Both the position numbers and the translations under genes were made by a program. Of a stretch of 64,000 bases of DNA, positions 9,399-19,689 are shown piece by piece (the stretch's first letter is position 1; the number at the start of each line of letters is the position of its first letter). The stretch comes from an uncultured Spirochaetota bacterium. Its GTDB lineage: Bacteria > Spirochaetota > Spirochaetia > SZUA-6 > Fen-1364. The notes beneath the pieces are model-generated. The model was not told where the DNA came from, searched no databases, and saw nothing but the letters and a program-made list of their open reading frames with translations. The DNA lies in assembly GCA_963820525.1 (NCBI GenBank), contig CAWGAA010000001.1, positions 2,848,001 to 2,912,000 on the forward strand, written 5' to 3'.

Positions 9399-11815
9399 TC
9401 GTGCGAAGGCTGCGGGTGAGCCCATTCGGCTTTTTCGCCGACAGAGAGGTCCGGTTTCTTCCCGGATTGAACGTGGTGGTGGGTCCCAACGAGGCGGGAA
9501 AGTCCACTCTCTTTCATGCCATTCGAAGCTCCCTGCTCAGGACCAAGATGCCCCGGAACAAGTTTGCCCAGCTCTTGGAGAGGTTTCTCCCGGCAGGCGG
9601 AGGGGACACCCTTCGGGTGGAGCTTGAGTTCGAGGCTCAGGGAGGCGCGTACCTCCTGCGGCGAAAGTGGGGGCCCCATCCCGCCTCCGAGCTCACGCTT
9701 CCCGGCGGAGGATCTCTCACCGACGAGGACGCCGTGAGCGCGAAGCTCGAGTCCATCCTTCCGGCAAGGCCAGGCACCTTCTGGAAGGTCCTCATGACGG
9801 GACAGGCCGAGCTCATGGCCACGATAGATTCCCTGAAGAAGGAAGCTTCCGACAGCCTTTCAGATCTGGACAATACGCTGCGCGCCGCGGTCCTGGAAAC
9901 GGGGGGCGTATCGGTTGACCGCTTCCGGGAGCTTCTCTCGCGGGAGCTTGCGCGGTCTGACAGCCGTTGGGACGCGGCCCGAGGAGCCCCCGAAGATGGG
10001 CGCGGCATCGAGAGGCCCTGGAAGAAGGAGGTGGGCGAGATCCTCGCCGCCTGCTATGCCAGAGAGACCGCCACGGCGGCACACCGGGCGGCGCGCCGCC
10101 ATGAAGACGAGCTGGACGGTCTCAACGCTGCCCTCCGGCAGGCATCGGCCGATGCGGCCGATGCCCAGCGCTTCCTCTCGGACAACGGGAAGGCGGCGGG
10201 AGACGCACGGGAAAGGATCATCCTCGAGGCAAGGCTCCAGGCCATCCGGGCCGGGGCGGAGAAGCTGAAGAGGGCGGGCAGGGAGTGGCCCGTTTCCGAG
10301 AGCCGGGCGGCGGAGCTCCAGAAGGCCATCGCATCCCTGGAGGAGCGAAGACCTGTGCTGGAGCGGGAAAGAGACGACGCCGCCAGGGCGGAGAAGGCGA
10401 GAAAGCTTGCGGAGAGGCTCCAGAGGATCTCCCGCCGCGCGGCGGCCCTCAAGAAGGCGCGGGAAAAGCTCGCCGGTTTTCCAAGCCTCGATCGAAAGGA
10501 GCTGGAGAAGATCCGTGAGGCATCGCGCGCAGTGGAGCTTCTCCAGAAGGGAGCCGAATCCGGGAGGCTGTCCGTAACCGTCACCGCCAAAGAGGATCTC
10601 GTCGTGAGCGTTCAGCAGGACAACCTGCCGGCGGGCAGGCGGGAGCTTCAAAAGGGAAAGACGGAGAGCTTCGAGGCCGCCGGAAGGCTGCGCATCACCC
10701 ATCAGGCGATGGAGATGGAAGTGAGATCCGCAGATGCAGATTCCGAGCGCCTCCGCAGGGAGCTTGCCGACGGCAGGCGGCGTCTGGAGGCCCTCCTGGC
10801 GGCCAAAGGGGTAAAGGACCCCGCCGAGGCCGAAGAGCGGTGCTGCCGGGGAGAGCTTCTGGGCGCCGAGCTTGAGGCCGCGGAGCGCGGCCTTGAGGAA
10901 GAGCTCGCCGGCGAAACGCTTGACAGCATGGAGAAGCTCTCTCTTTCACTCGGCCCCGTGGTGGAAACGCGGGCTTCCGCGGAAATCGAAAAGGACCTGG
11001 CGCGCCTGGAGGCCGAGATCGAGGGAAAGAAACGGGAGCGGGAAGAGCTTTTATCCCGCATTGCGGAATGGAGGTCGGAGTACGGGACCGCTGAAAAGCT
11101 CATCGATGCGCTGGCGGATTCGCGGCGCGGTGAAAGCGACCTGTCCGCCCGGATCGCCGCGTGCGCTCCTCTTCCCGACGGCTTCCCCGACGCTTCCTCC
11201 CTCATCCGTGAGTTCGAGAAGATGCAGGCCCAGGCCGAGGGGCATGCGAGTCGGAGAACCGAGCTTCTCTTGAAAAAAGCGGAGCTGGAAGGGAGGGCTC
11301 CCGACGTCTCCGCCGAGGAGCTCTCCGCGCAGGTGGAGGAGGCGAATGCCCGCTTTCTTCAGGCGTCCCGGCGTGGGGAAGCGCTTCGAAGGGTTTCCGC
11401 GGTGGCAGGCAGGCTTCTTGAAAAAAGCGATTCGGCGGTCTTTGCGGGCCTTCGGGGAGAGCTGGAGCGCATCGTTTCGAGCATGACGGCTGACAGATAC
11501 AGGAAGGTGCCGATGGACGGCTCCCTGCCCAGCGGCCTGGAAGCGGAGAGCGGCACGCGGCTCTCGTGGGACATGCTTTCCGCGGGAACCAAGGACGTCC
11601 TCGCCCTCGCTCTCCGGCTCGCCATGGCCGCTCATTTTCTCGGTGAGGCGCCGGGGTTCCTCATGATGGACGATCCGCTGGTGGACATGGATCCCGTTCG
11701 CCAGGAGGCGGCCGCTCGGGCGCTCTCCCTCTTCGCGCAGAAAAGGCAGCTCCTGCTTTTCACCTGCCACCCCCGCCACGCCGAGCTATTCGGCGGGAAC
11801 AGGATCGAACTCTAG
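9395..11815 (+). CDS. Rad50/SMC-like coiled-coil ABC ATPase (YhaN/SbcE-type)
   Basis: Walker A GPNEAGKST, long coiled coil, signature LSAGT, Walker B/D-loop MMDDPLVDMD, FTCH; ATGA overlap with the nuclease gene. Confidence 0.88.
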   Translation: MIVRRLRVSPFGFFADREVRFLPGLNVVVGPNEAGKSTLFHAIRSSLLRTKMPRNKFAQLLERFLPAGGGDTLRVELEFEAQGGAYLLRRKWGPHPASELTLPGGGSLTDEDAVSAKLESILPARPGTFWKVLMTGQAELMATIDSLKKEASDSLSDLDNTLRAAVLETGGVSVDRFRELLSRELARSDSRWDAARGAPEDGRGIERPWKKEVGEILAACYARETATAAHRAARRHEDELDGLNAALRQASADAADAQRFLSDNGKAAGDARERIILEARLQAIRAGAEKLKRAGREWPVSESRAAELQKAIASLEERRPVLERERDDAARAEKARKLAERLQRISRRAAALKKAREKLAGFPSLDRKELEKIREASRAVELLQKGAESGRLSVTVTAKEDLVVSVQQDNLPAGRRELQKGKTESFEAAGRLRITHQAMEMEVRSADADSERLRRELADGRRRLEALLAAKGVKDPAEAEERCCRGELLGAELEAAERGLEEELAGETLDSMEKLSLSLGPVVETRASAEIEKDLARLEAEIEGKKREREELLSRIAEWRSEYGTAEKLIDALADSRRGESDLSARIAACAPLPDGFPDASSLIREFEKMQAQAEGHASRRTELLLKKAELEGRAPDVSAEELSAQVEEANARFLQASRRGEALRRVSAVAGRLLEKSDSAVFAGLRGELERIVSSMTADRYRKVPMDGSLPSGLEAESGTRLSWDMLSAGTKDVLALALRLAMAAHFLGEAPGFLMMDDPLVDMDPVRQEAAARALSLFAQKRQLLLFTCHPRHAELFGGNRIEL

Positions 11816-11862
11816 GTGACAGTTATGCGCCCTTTGCGTGTTTCATAGCAGAGGGTACAGCA

Positions 11863-12657
11863 ATGAAGAGATCTATTATCGTTTCAGTAATGGCCGCGGC
11901 AGTTCTGTTTCTCGCCGCAGGCTGCGACTTATTCAAGGTAGTGAGAGGGTCGGGATTCCTGATCACCAGGAGCTACGAGTTTTCCGGCTTCTCCAAGATC
12001 GAAGCGGATGAAACCTTTACGGTGCACATCGTGCCCGATACGGCATACTCGGTCCAGGTGACCTGTGACGACAACCTCCTGGAATACCTCGAGGTCTCCC
12101 AGGAGTATGACAAGGTGCGGCTGAGCCTTCAGCCCTTCATCAACTACCGCAACATCACCGTGTCCGCCGAAGTGCACATGCCCATGCTTTCCGGTCTCGT
12201 GGTTTCCGGCGCCTCCCTGGCAAAGATCGATTCGGGGTTCGCGGCCCCTTCCCAACCCTTGAGCGTCAACGTTTCGGGGGCGAGCACGGTCCAGGCTGCG
12301 CAGATCAGCTGCGGGGCGCTGTCGATGGACGTCTCGGGTGCAAGCGATGTATCGGTCACCGCCCTCGGCGCGGCTTCTCTCTCCGCCGACGTGTCGGGCG
12401 CGAGCACGCTCACCATGGGAGGAAGCATCGGGGGCGAGACCCTGCACGTGTCGGGGGCGAGCGGCGCTAACCTGCTTGCGTGCCTTGCAAGCGGGGCAAA
12501 CGCGTACATCAGCGGGGCGAGCAAGGCCTGGGTGAACGTGGGAAGCGGCCCCATCTCCGCTTCCGTGAGCGGCGCCTCGACGCTCTATTATACGGGAAGC
12601 CCGGCAATCATCGTCATGGAGCTTTCCGGAGAATCCCATATCGTCAAAGTGAACTGA
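11863..12657 (+). CDS. DUF2807 / GIN-domain beta-helix lipoprotein
   Basis: Lipobox LAAGC; DDNLLEY motif; repeated VSGAS units about every 19 aa. Confidence 0.85.
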   Translation: MKRSIIVSVMAAAVLFLAAGCDLFKVVRGSGFLITRSYEFSGFSKIEADETFTVHIVPDTAYSVQVTCDDNLLEYLEVSQEYDKVRLSLQPFINYRNITVSAEVHMPMLSGLVVSGASLAKIDSGFAAPSQPLSVNVSGASTVQAAQISCGALSMDVSGASDVSVTALGAASLSADVSGASTLTMGGSIGGETLHVSGASGANLLACLASGANAYISGASKAWVNVGSGPISASVSGASTLYYTGSPAIIVMELSGESHIVKVN

Positions 12658-12706
12658 AGAATAATCCCGGTGGCGGGGAGGTGGCAGTCGGGCGATCGCG
12701 ACGTGG

Positions 12707-13615
12707 TCACTTCCCCGCTTTTATGAAGGTCCCGTTATAGTATTCGTCGAACGCGACGCGAAGCTCTTCCTGGGTGTTCATCACGATGGGTCCGTACCAC
12801 GCCACCGGCTCGCCGATCGGCCTTCCTGAAAGCAGCAGGAACCGGACAGGCTGATCCTCGGTCGTGACGGCGAGCTCTTCCCCGTCCTCGAAGAGGATGA
12901 CGCTCCCGTCGGTCACGAACGCTTCTCTCTGCAAATCGAAGTAGTTGGCCCCTTCCACGTCGTAGCCGAAAGGGTTTTCCTCCCGGCAGAAGCGCGCCTT
13001 GCCGTCGATCACGTAGGCCAGCACGGTATTTCCCGGCCTGGTTGCCCGGAGGAACTCGCTCGCCGGCGGCACCGTGATGTCGAGGTACTCCGGCTCGATC
13101 ACTACGTCGCGCACCGGGCCGCGCACTCCATCGACCTCCCCCGAGATGATCCCGATGGCGGCTCCGCCGGACTCCACGCGCGGAATGCTTTCGGCCTTCA
13201 CGTCCCTGTAGCGGGGGTCCATCATCTTGTTGGAAGCGGGCAGGTTGGCCCAGAGCTGGAATCCGCCCATCACGCCCTTCCCGTCTCCCTTGGGCATCTC
13301 CTGGTGGATGATTCCGCTTCCGGCGGTCATCCATTGGACGTCTCCCGAGTCGATGGTGCCCGCATTGCCCAGGCTGTCGCCGTGCTCCACCCGTCCCGTA
13401 AGAACGTAGGTGATCGTCTCGATGCCGCGATGGGGATGCCAGGGAAAACCCTTGAGGTAATGCCGGGGATTGGTGGAGCGGAAATCGTCGAGGAGCAAAA
13501 ACGGATCGAATGCCGGCGCCTCGCTGAAGCCGAACGCCCTCTTCAGATAGACGCCGGCTCCCTCGATCGTGGGCTTGCTTTTTATGACCTTCCGGATTCT
13601 GCGACTTTTCGCCAT
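12707..13615 (-). CDS. Pirin family protein
   Basis: DPFLLLD, HPHRGIETITY, WMTAGSGIIHQE, FQLWANLP, YGPIVMNT. Confidence 0.95.
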   Translation of the reverse strand: MAKSRRIRKVIKSKPTIEGAGVYLKRAFGFSEAPAFDPFLLLDDFRSTNPRHYLKGFPWHPHRGIETITYVLTGRVEHGDSLGNAGTIDSGDVQWMTAGSGIIHQEMPKGDGKGVMGGFQLWANLPASNKMMDPRYRDVKAESIPRVESGGAAIGIISGEVDGVRGPVRDVVIEPEYLDITVPPASEFLRATRPGNTVLAYVIDGKARFCREENPFGYDVEGANYFDLQREAFVTDGSVILFEDGEELAVTTEDQPVRFLLLSGRPIGEPVAWYGPIVMNTQEELRVAFDEYYNGTFIKAGK

Positions 13616-13698
13616 CTGTCCATCCCCCCTTTTTTCATGCTTTCATAAAAAATACTCACTTCCCGCCTCCCGCGCCAACAAACACGTTCCCGCCGGCA

Positions 13699-16491
13699 TC
13701 AGACCCGCTGCATGCCGCAGAGAACCTGGAAATCGCAATAGGAGCAGGCCCGCTTTCCATTGGCGGCGGGAAGGAAGGGAACCTCCGGGGAGACGATCTC
13801 ACGCATGAGGGCGAGGATCACCTCTTCCAGCTCCGGCATCCGCCTCCGCGCTTCCCCCGCATCCGCGAAGAGGGGAACCTCGATTCCCTGGTCGAGAACC
13901 GGACGGCCCAGCAGGAGGAACATCGCGTTTTCCGCCCGCGGCTCGAGCATGAGGTAGAAGGGGAGCTGGAGCGTGGGGATGGCGGCGCTCCAGGTCTCGC
14001 GGTCAGCGGGATCGAGGCGGTCGAATCTGATCCTGTGGGTCTTCGGGTTCGACGACGATTTGTAGTCGACGATCCATCGAAGGCCGTCCCGCTGCTGGAT
14101 CGCGTCGAGCCGGCCCGTAATCTGAAACCCATCCCGCGTCGAAGCCGCCCTCTTTTCCAGCTCGTCCAGTGTTACGCGGTGATCGCGGACGAGATGGGCG
14201 AAATACCCCGAGATGAAGTCCCCGAGGTGGGAGGAAAGCTGCTTTTTCAAGAGCCGCGCCGCGCCGCTTTGCCCGTCCCCGAATCTTTCCCGGAAGAGCT
14301 TTTCCACGAGGGAGTCCATGGCCGGACGATCCGCGTCGGCGGGGGTGAGCTGCCTTCCTTTTCGCGAATCGAAGTAGCGCAACAGTGCTTCGTGGACGAA
14401 CAGCCCGATGTCTGCCTGCTCGATCTCACCCGATGGAGATTCCCGCCTGCCCAGGCCGAGGACGTGGCGGTAATAGAAGGAGAGCGGACAGCGGAGGTAT
14501 GCGTCGAGCGCCGTTGCGCTGAGCTCGCGGCCGCGAAGCCAGGCCGCCACCTCAGCCGTCTTCGTGACGGCCTCCGGCGCTCTTTCCTGGAGGGAGACGG
14601 AGTACTGGATGGGGCGCACCACCGCGCCTGCGTCAACGCTTCCCGCTTCCCTTTCCCTCTCCCACAACAGCCGCTCGGCGAAGCGGGACCTCTCCCGCTC
14701 CCCGCTTTCCACGGAGAACAGGGAAAGCTCGCGGGCCCCGCGGGAGAGGACGTGAAAGTGGTAGGCCGTTATCTCGTCCCTGTCCCTGTAGGTCGGCAGG
14801 CCGAGGGCCGCGCGGACCGCAAGCGGCAGGAGGGTGTCCTCGGCGCCGGAGGCGGGAAGCGATCCCTCGTTGGCGTCCAGAACGAACACGCGTTGGAAGC
14901 GCAGGCACCTCGTCTCCAGGGCTCCGAGGACCTGGAGCCCCCGAAGCGGCGTGCCGGGGAAGGGATGGTAGCGCGTGCTCAGGTAGCGGCGGAACAGGAT
15001 GAAGTAGCCCGTCGAGTCGGAGAAGGATTTGTCGGCGATGAGGGAGCGGGAGATCGTCTCCAGAGACCTGACGAACTCCTCGGAGAACTGGGAGAAGAAC
15101 GGGTGCACGGGAGCCGTGCTCGACTCGGAGATCCACGCGATGAGCTCGATGCACCGCGAGGCAAACTCCTTCACGGTGGGAAACGAGCGGAATCGACGCA
15201 CGGTCCGGTCATGGATGTCGGCCAGGTGCGCGGCGAGCTCCTCGGCGGTCGGGCTCCCCGGTTCCCCTCCAAGGCTGGCGGCCGCCGCGCGCATGAGCTT
15301 TGCGTCCGACTCGATCTCCTCCAGCGATGCGAAGGACATCGTGCGGGACGCTGCCAGACGGTCCTCGATGGCATGGAACAGGACGCGCGTGGTCTCGGCC
15401 GAGCCGCGGTGTCGAATGTTCTTCGTGTAGGGGTGGAGCACGAACGTCAGGTAGTCGGGAATGTAGACCCGCTCCTCATCCATGGAGCCGATAAGCGTCA
15501 TGAGATTCTGGAAGAATCCGTAGAGGGGAGTCCGGTCGAGGGGGTAGCCGAGGGAAACGTTGTAATCCTCCTCGGGGAACCGGCTGAGACAGTGCCTGAG
15601 CAGAGGGAAAAGCGTTTCCGGGGCCGGCAGGATGACGGCAGTCCCCTCATCGGGCGGCGGAAGCGCCGCGCCCAGGGCAAAGACCTGTCCATGGGCGTCC
15701 GGGCTGGAGAAGAAGCGGACCTCGGGCCGGGAGCTTTCCTCAGGGGCGGGATTGCATGCAATGCCGAGCCCGGAAAGTTTCTCCTTCATTCCCGGGCCGT
15801 CCTGGAAGATGAATTGCGAGCCGGGCCATCCCCCCACCCTCTGAAACAGCGCCTTCTCGGCGGCCGTGAGTGAATAGAAGCCGGCCAGGATCACGAACGT
15901 GAATCCCTTCAGGTCTCCGATCTCGATCGTACGGCAGACGGAGGCATAGCGGGACGAGCGCGTGGAAAGCCCCTTCTTCTGCGCGAGGGGGTAGAACTCC
16001 TGGTAGAACCGTGCAAGCTCCCGCAGGCGGTCACGGGAACGGGCCGGAACCTCCGCCTCGATGAGCGGCTGCACCTCCGCCACTTTCCGGTCCTCCACTC
16101 CCTCGATCGTGAGCTCCTCCAGGTCCTGGAAGATCTTCACGCCCAGCGGGAAAAAACTGTCCAGGGACATGAAGCCCGAGCCGCCGATGGGGCGGGGAGC
16201 GGCGAGCTGGATCTCGTGCAGCAGGGCCACCGCGTCTATGTCCTCCATGAGGGGCGCCGCCGCGCCGGTGCGCTCGTCGAAGATGGAGTGAACGAGCTCG
16301 TCCATGGAGAGGATGCGGGGAGGGATGAAGCCCGTCCCGATGGCGCGCGCAAGGCTGCGGCGCAGGAAGTGGGCGGGACGCTTGCCCGGAAAGACCACAA
16401 GAACGTCGGAGAGGTCCTGGCCGCGTCCGTCCATGAGGGAGGCGACCTCGTCGATCAGGTCCGCCGCGGCGGGGATCAGGGTGGCGTTCAT
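13699..16491 (-). CDS. addB: AddB-like inactive helicase / PD-(D/E)xK nuclease subunit
   Basis: VFPGKRP N-terminus with no Walker A; GRLD..IVDYKS..QLPFY nuclease; four Fe-S staple Cys (RCP and CSYCDFQVLC). Confidence 0.8.
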   Translation of the reverse strand: MNATLIPAAADLIDEVASLMDGRGQDLSDVLVVFPGKRPAHFLRRSLARAIGTGFIPPRILSMDELVHSIFDERTGAAAPLMEDIDAVALLHEIQLAAPRPIGGSGFMSLDSFFPLGVKIFQDLEELTIEGVEDRKVAEVQPLIEAEVPARSRDRLRELARFYQEFYPLAQKKGLSTRSSRYASVCRTIEIGDLKGFTFVILAGFYSLTAAEKALFQRVGGWPGSQFIFQDGPGMKEKLSGLGIACNPAPEESSRPEVRFFSSPDAHGQVFALGAALPPPDEGTAVILPAPETLFPLLRHCLSRFPEEDYNVSLGYPLDRTPLYGFFQNLMTLIGSMDEERVYIPDYLTFVLHPYTKNIRHRGSAETTRVLFHAIEDRLAASRTMSFASLEEIESDAKLMRAAAASLGGEPGSPTAEELAAHLADIHDRTVRRFRSFPTVKEFASRCIELIAWISESSTAPVHPFFSQFSEEFVRSLETISRSLIADKSFSDSTGYFILFRRYLSTRYHPFPGTPLRGLQVLGALETRCLRFQRVFVLDANEGSLPASGAEDTLLPLAVRAALGLPTYRDRDEITAYHFHVLSRGARELSLFSVESGERERSRFAERLLWEREREAGSVDAGAVVRPIQYSVSLQERAPEAVTKTAEVAAWLRGRELSATALDAYLRCPLSFYYRHVLGLGRRESPSGEIEQADIGLFVHEALLRYFDSRKGRQLTPADADRPAMDSLVEKLFRERFGDGQSGAARLLKKQLSSHLGDFISGYFAHLVRDHRVTLDELEKRAASTRDGFQITGRLDAIQQRDGLRWIVDYKSSSNPKTHRIRFDRLDPADRETWSAAIPTLQLPFYLMLEPRAENAMFLLLGRPVLDQGIEVPLFADAGEARRRMPELEEVILALMREIVSPEVPFLPAANGKRACSYCDFQVLCGMQRV

Positions 16492-19400
16492 GTCACCTTC
16501 CTCACGTCCCCGAGGTCGGTGTAGACCAGATGGGCCTCGATGCTCTTCCCCGGATACACGGCTTCAAGGATTGCGGCGTACACGCGCATCTGCTCGTCGT
16601 GCTCCGCTTCCGCGCCCCTCTCCGTTCCCGTCTTGAAATCCAGGAGCGTCACGCGGTCCGCATCGATCACCAGGCGGTCCATCCTGTACAGCCTGCCCGC
16701 CGCGTCGGAGAACTCCCGCTCCGCGAAAACCGACCTCCCTGCCCGCCGCTCGAAAAAGGGGGAAAGCCGAGGGGCCCGGATCAATTTCGCCATGCTCGGG
16801 AGCAGCCCCTGCTCCACCTCCTCCATCCGGGCTTCCCGAACGGCCCGCAGGGCAGCCTGCCGGAGCTTTTCATCGAGATCGCCATCGGCGTACGGGATGA
16901 GCGAAAAGATGCGGTGCACGAGCTCTCCCCGCCCGCGCTCCTTCAAAGCCAGATGCGCCCTTCCCGGCGACGGCTGGATGGGACGGATGTCGTGGAGCAG
17001 GGGCGCCCTCTGCTCGGCGAGCGCCGGCTCGCTTCGGGCGGGTCCCTTCTCCGCCTTGGGCGCGAAGAGCGACTCGGGAAGGAGGTCGAAGGGATAGGTA
17101 TCGCCGTCTCTCTTGACGCCGATCACGTACAGCTCGCTCATTGCCCTGGTGAGGGCCACGTAGAGGGCATTGAGGCGGTTGACCTTTTCCCGCGTCGCCT
17201 CATCCTCGTAGAGGGAGGCGAGCTCGGGATCCCGAGCCGCTATCTCACGGCTGAGCTTCACAAGGCCGAGCCCCTGCGCATCCCTGATCGGCGTATAGGC
17301 GAATCCCTTGGCGCGCTCCCCGTAGAGAAGCACCACAGTGACGGGGAAGCCCAGCCCCTTTGCCTTGTGGATGGTCATGGCGCGCACCGAGTCGGCCTCC
17401 CGCGGCACATCGATGGCCCATTGTCCCGCCTCCGATGTCGGCTCCGAGGCGGTGGCCAGGAAGTCGCGAAGGCTGTTCGAGCCGGAGCCTTCGAAGTCCT
17501 TGACCGTCTCCAACAGCTTGGCGAGCGTCGCCTCCTCCTCCGGCGCCAGGTCGAACATGCCGAACACGCAGAAGATCTCGCTTGCAAGATCGTAGAGGGG
17601 AAGGTAGCCGGCGGAGCGGAAAAGCCCGGAGAAGTATCGGCCCCAGAGCTCGGGATACGTCCTCTGGAAGCTCTTGTACAGCGGCCGCTCTTCCCTGGCC
17701 TGGAAGAGCAGGAGGTGGAGGGGATCATTGGCCGGCCAGCCCTCACGGCGGAGGCATCTCAGGAAAAGCTCTCCCAGGATGAACGAGGCGAATGCAAGGT
17801 CGTCCGGCGGGGAATCGAGAAAGCGAAGGAGGGAGATGATCTCCCCTGAAATCCTTCTGCGGCGCACATCGAGGCTGCTGAAGGAGATGAAGGGGATCTG
17901 CTCTTCGTTCAGCCAGGAGGTGGCGCGCAGCACGTCCTCGTTTCGGGGAGCCAGGAGCGCAATGTCCCCCCAGCGGTAGCCCCTGGCGTGGAGCTCGCGC
18001 ATGACGGACTGGAGCTTGACGCGCTCGGGGGGATCCTCGTCGTCACGCGGCAGAACAACCACCTCCGCGTATCCCGGGTCTTCAGTTTGCCGGGCCTCCT
18101 GGGTCCAGTGGTCCAGGCCGCTCGCCGCGGCCGCCCGCCGGTAGCAGTCCATGGCCGGCGCGTTGCGCTTGAAGATCTCCTCGGAGAGCCTGATGATCCG
18201 CGGGCGGCTCCTGTAGTTGACCTCGAGCTCCCGAACCTCGTGGCGCGCCGAGGGGAAGCGGCTTTCTGTTTCCAGCATCCTCATGATGGTGTAATCGGCC
18301 TGCCGGAACCCGTAGATAGCCTGCTTGGTGTCCCCCACCACGAAGAGGCTTCCCCCTTCGGAGAGGGAGTTCTCGATCAGGGGAAAAAGGTTCCGCCATT
18401 GGATGGGCGAGGTGTCCTGGAACTCGTCGATGAGGAAATGGCAGATCCTTTCGCCCAGGCGGAAGTAGATTTCGGGCACGATCTCGGCGCCGAGGTATTC
18501 CCCGAGCCTGCGGCTGATGTCCCCGATGAAGACCCTGGCCTGGTTCCTCTTCACCCGCTCGAGGGTTTCGCCCAGCCCCGCGTGGAGGCGGAGGTAGGGC
18601 AGGTAGTAGGACCGCGCCCATAAACCCGCATAGCGGCTGACAAGGAGGTCGACCTCCTCCCAGGCCGCCTTGATCCGCTGGTAGGCATCGAGGCGGTCCC
18701 GGGCCGAGGGCTTTTTCACCGGGGCAAGCTTCATTCCCTTCGCGATGAGCTCGCCGAAGCGGCCCGCCCGAGCGGCTGCCAGAGACGCGGGGAACGTGGA
18801 CTTCACGGTCGGCTCCAGGCCGGATGCGTCCACCTGGCGCTTGAGATCCTCCAGGCTGCCGAGAACCCGCTCTTCCGCCTCGCGCATGTCCCCGGAGAGG
18901 TCCACGGGGCGGACGCTTCCTTCCAGGGCGGAAAGCTTGCCCTCGAGCGCTCTCATCTCCTCCAGGAGGGGCCGGGTGGGATCCCAGGGAAACCGCTCGC
19001 CCTCGGTCTGGAACGCCAGGACCATGGAGATGACCTGGTCCAGGAGCGCCGCGCGCTCGCTTCCTTCCCGTGCGTCGCGCAGGTAGAGGCTGAAGGCATA
19101 GTCGATGAGGGGGTCAGGATCCAGGAGGATCTCGAACTCGGGGCTGAAGCCGAAGTCGAGGGCCGAGGAGCGGAACACCGTGGCCATGAAGCTGTCGATG
19201 GTTCGGATCTGAAAGTCGCTGTAGCGGTCGAAGATCTCCTCGATGAGCTCCGTGGAGCGCCGCCGGGCGAACTGCTCGCCCCCCGTGGTGATGGAGGTGA
19301 TATCGGCCGTGCGCCCGGCATCCGCGAGGGAGAGGAGCTTCAGCCACTCCAGGACCTTTTCCTTCATTTCGCGGGAAGCATTGTTTGAAAAGGTTATCGC

Positions 19401-19556
19401 CAGGGTGTTTAGAAGGTCGTTCTTGGGGATCTCGCGCGAGAGGAGAAACTGAACGCAGCGCCGGGTGAGGGTATAGGTCTTTCCCGAGCCGGCGGAGGCT
19501 TTTATCACGGTGACTGCGGGGAGGCGGATCAGGGTATCGGGCTCGAGCACGGACAC
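16488..19556 (-). CDS. addA: AddA-like UvrD helicase with RecB-type nuclease
   Basis: ASAGSGKT, DEFQDT, VGDTKQAIYGFR, TIHKAKGL, YVALTRA; C-terminal RMDRL..LDFKTG..QMRVY. Confidence 0.88.
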   Translation of the reverse strand: MSVLEPDTLIRLPAVTVIKASAGSGKTYTLTRRCVQFLLSREIPKNDLLNTLAITFSNNASREMKEKVLEWLKLLSLADAGRTADITSITTGGEQFARRRSTELIEEIFDRYSDFQIRTIDSFMATVFRSSALDFGFSPEFEILLDPDPLIDYAFSLYLRDAREGSERAALLDQVISMVLAFQTEGERFPWDPTRPLLEEMRALEGKLSALEGSVRPVDLSGDMREAEERVLGSLEDLKRQVDASGLEPTVKSTFPASLAAARAGRFGELIAKGMKLAPVKKPSARDRLDAYQRIKAAWEEVDLLVSRYAGLWARSYYLPYLRLHAGLGETLERVKRNQARVFIGDISRRLGEYLGAEIVPEIYFRLGERICHFLIDEFQDTSPIQWRNLFPLIENSLSEGGSLFVVGDTKQAIYGFRQADYTIMRMLETESRFPSARHEVRELEVNYRSRPRIIRLSEEIFKRNAPAMDCYRRAAAASGLDHWTQEARQTEDPGYAEVVVLPRDDEDPPERVKLQSVMRELHARGYRWGDIALLAPRNEDVLRATSWLNEEQIPFISFSSLDVRRRRISGEIISLLRFLDSPPDDLAFASFILGELFLRCLRREGWPANDPLHLLLFQAREERPLYKSFQRTYPELWGRYFSGLFRSAGYLPLYDLASEIFCVFGMFDLAPEEEATLAKLLETVKDFEGSGSNSLRDFLATASEPTSEAGQWAIDVPREADSVRAMTIHKAKGLGFPVTVVLLYGERAKGFAYTPIRDAQGLGLVKLSREIAARDPELASLYEDEATREKVNRLNALYVALTRAMSELYVIGVKRDGDTYPFDLLPESLFAPKAEKGPARSEPALAEQRAPLLHDIRPIQPSPGRAHLALKERGRGELVHRIFSLIPYADGDLDEKLRQAALRAVREARMEEVEQGLLPSMAKLIRAPRLSPFFERRAGRSVFAEREFSDAAGRLYRMDRLVIDADRVTLLDFKTGTERGAEAEHDEQMRVYAAILEAVYPGKSIEAHLVYTDLGDVRKVT

Positions 19557-19689
19557 GGCGGCTCATGATAGTCGCCCCGCTCTCCGTTGACAAGCGAAAA
19601 GGAGCGGGCTTGAATCAAAAAGCTCCGCAAACCCTGACATAATGGTGTCAAGCCGCCGTGCGATACTGGCGCGAGAAAGGAGAATCGAT

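Noticed and set aside
13699..14100. Cas4-like nuclease suggesting CRISPR-Cas
   Set aside because: It is the AddB C-terminal Fe-S nuclease domain; no cas genes or repeat-spacer array in the window
14035..15873. Long antisense ORFs (also 16530-17849, 48893-50467, 56439-57977, 59551-61062 and others)
   Set aside because: Shadow frames opposite well-supported genes; expected in GC-rich DNA and lacking motifs
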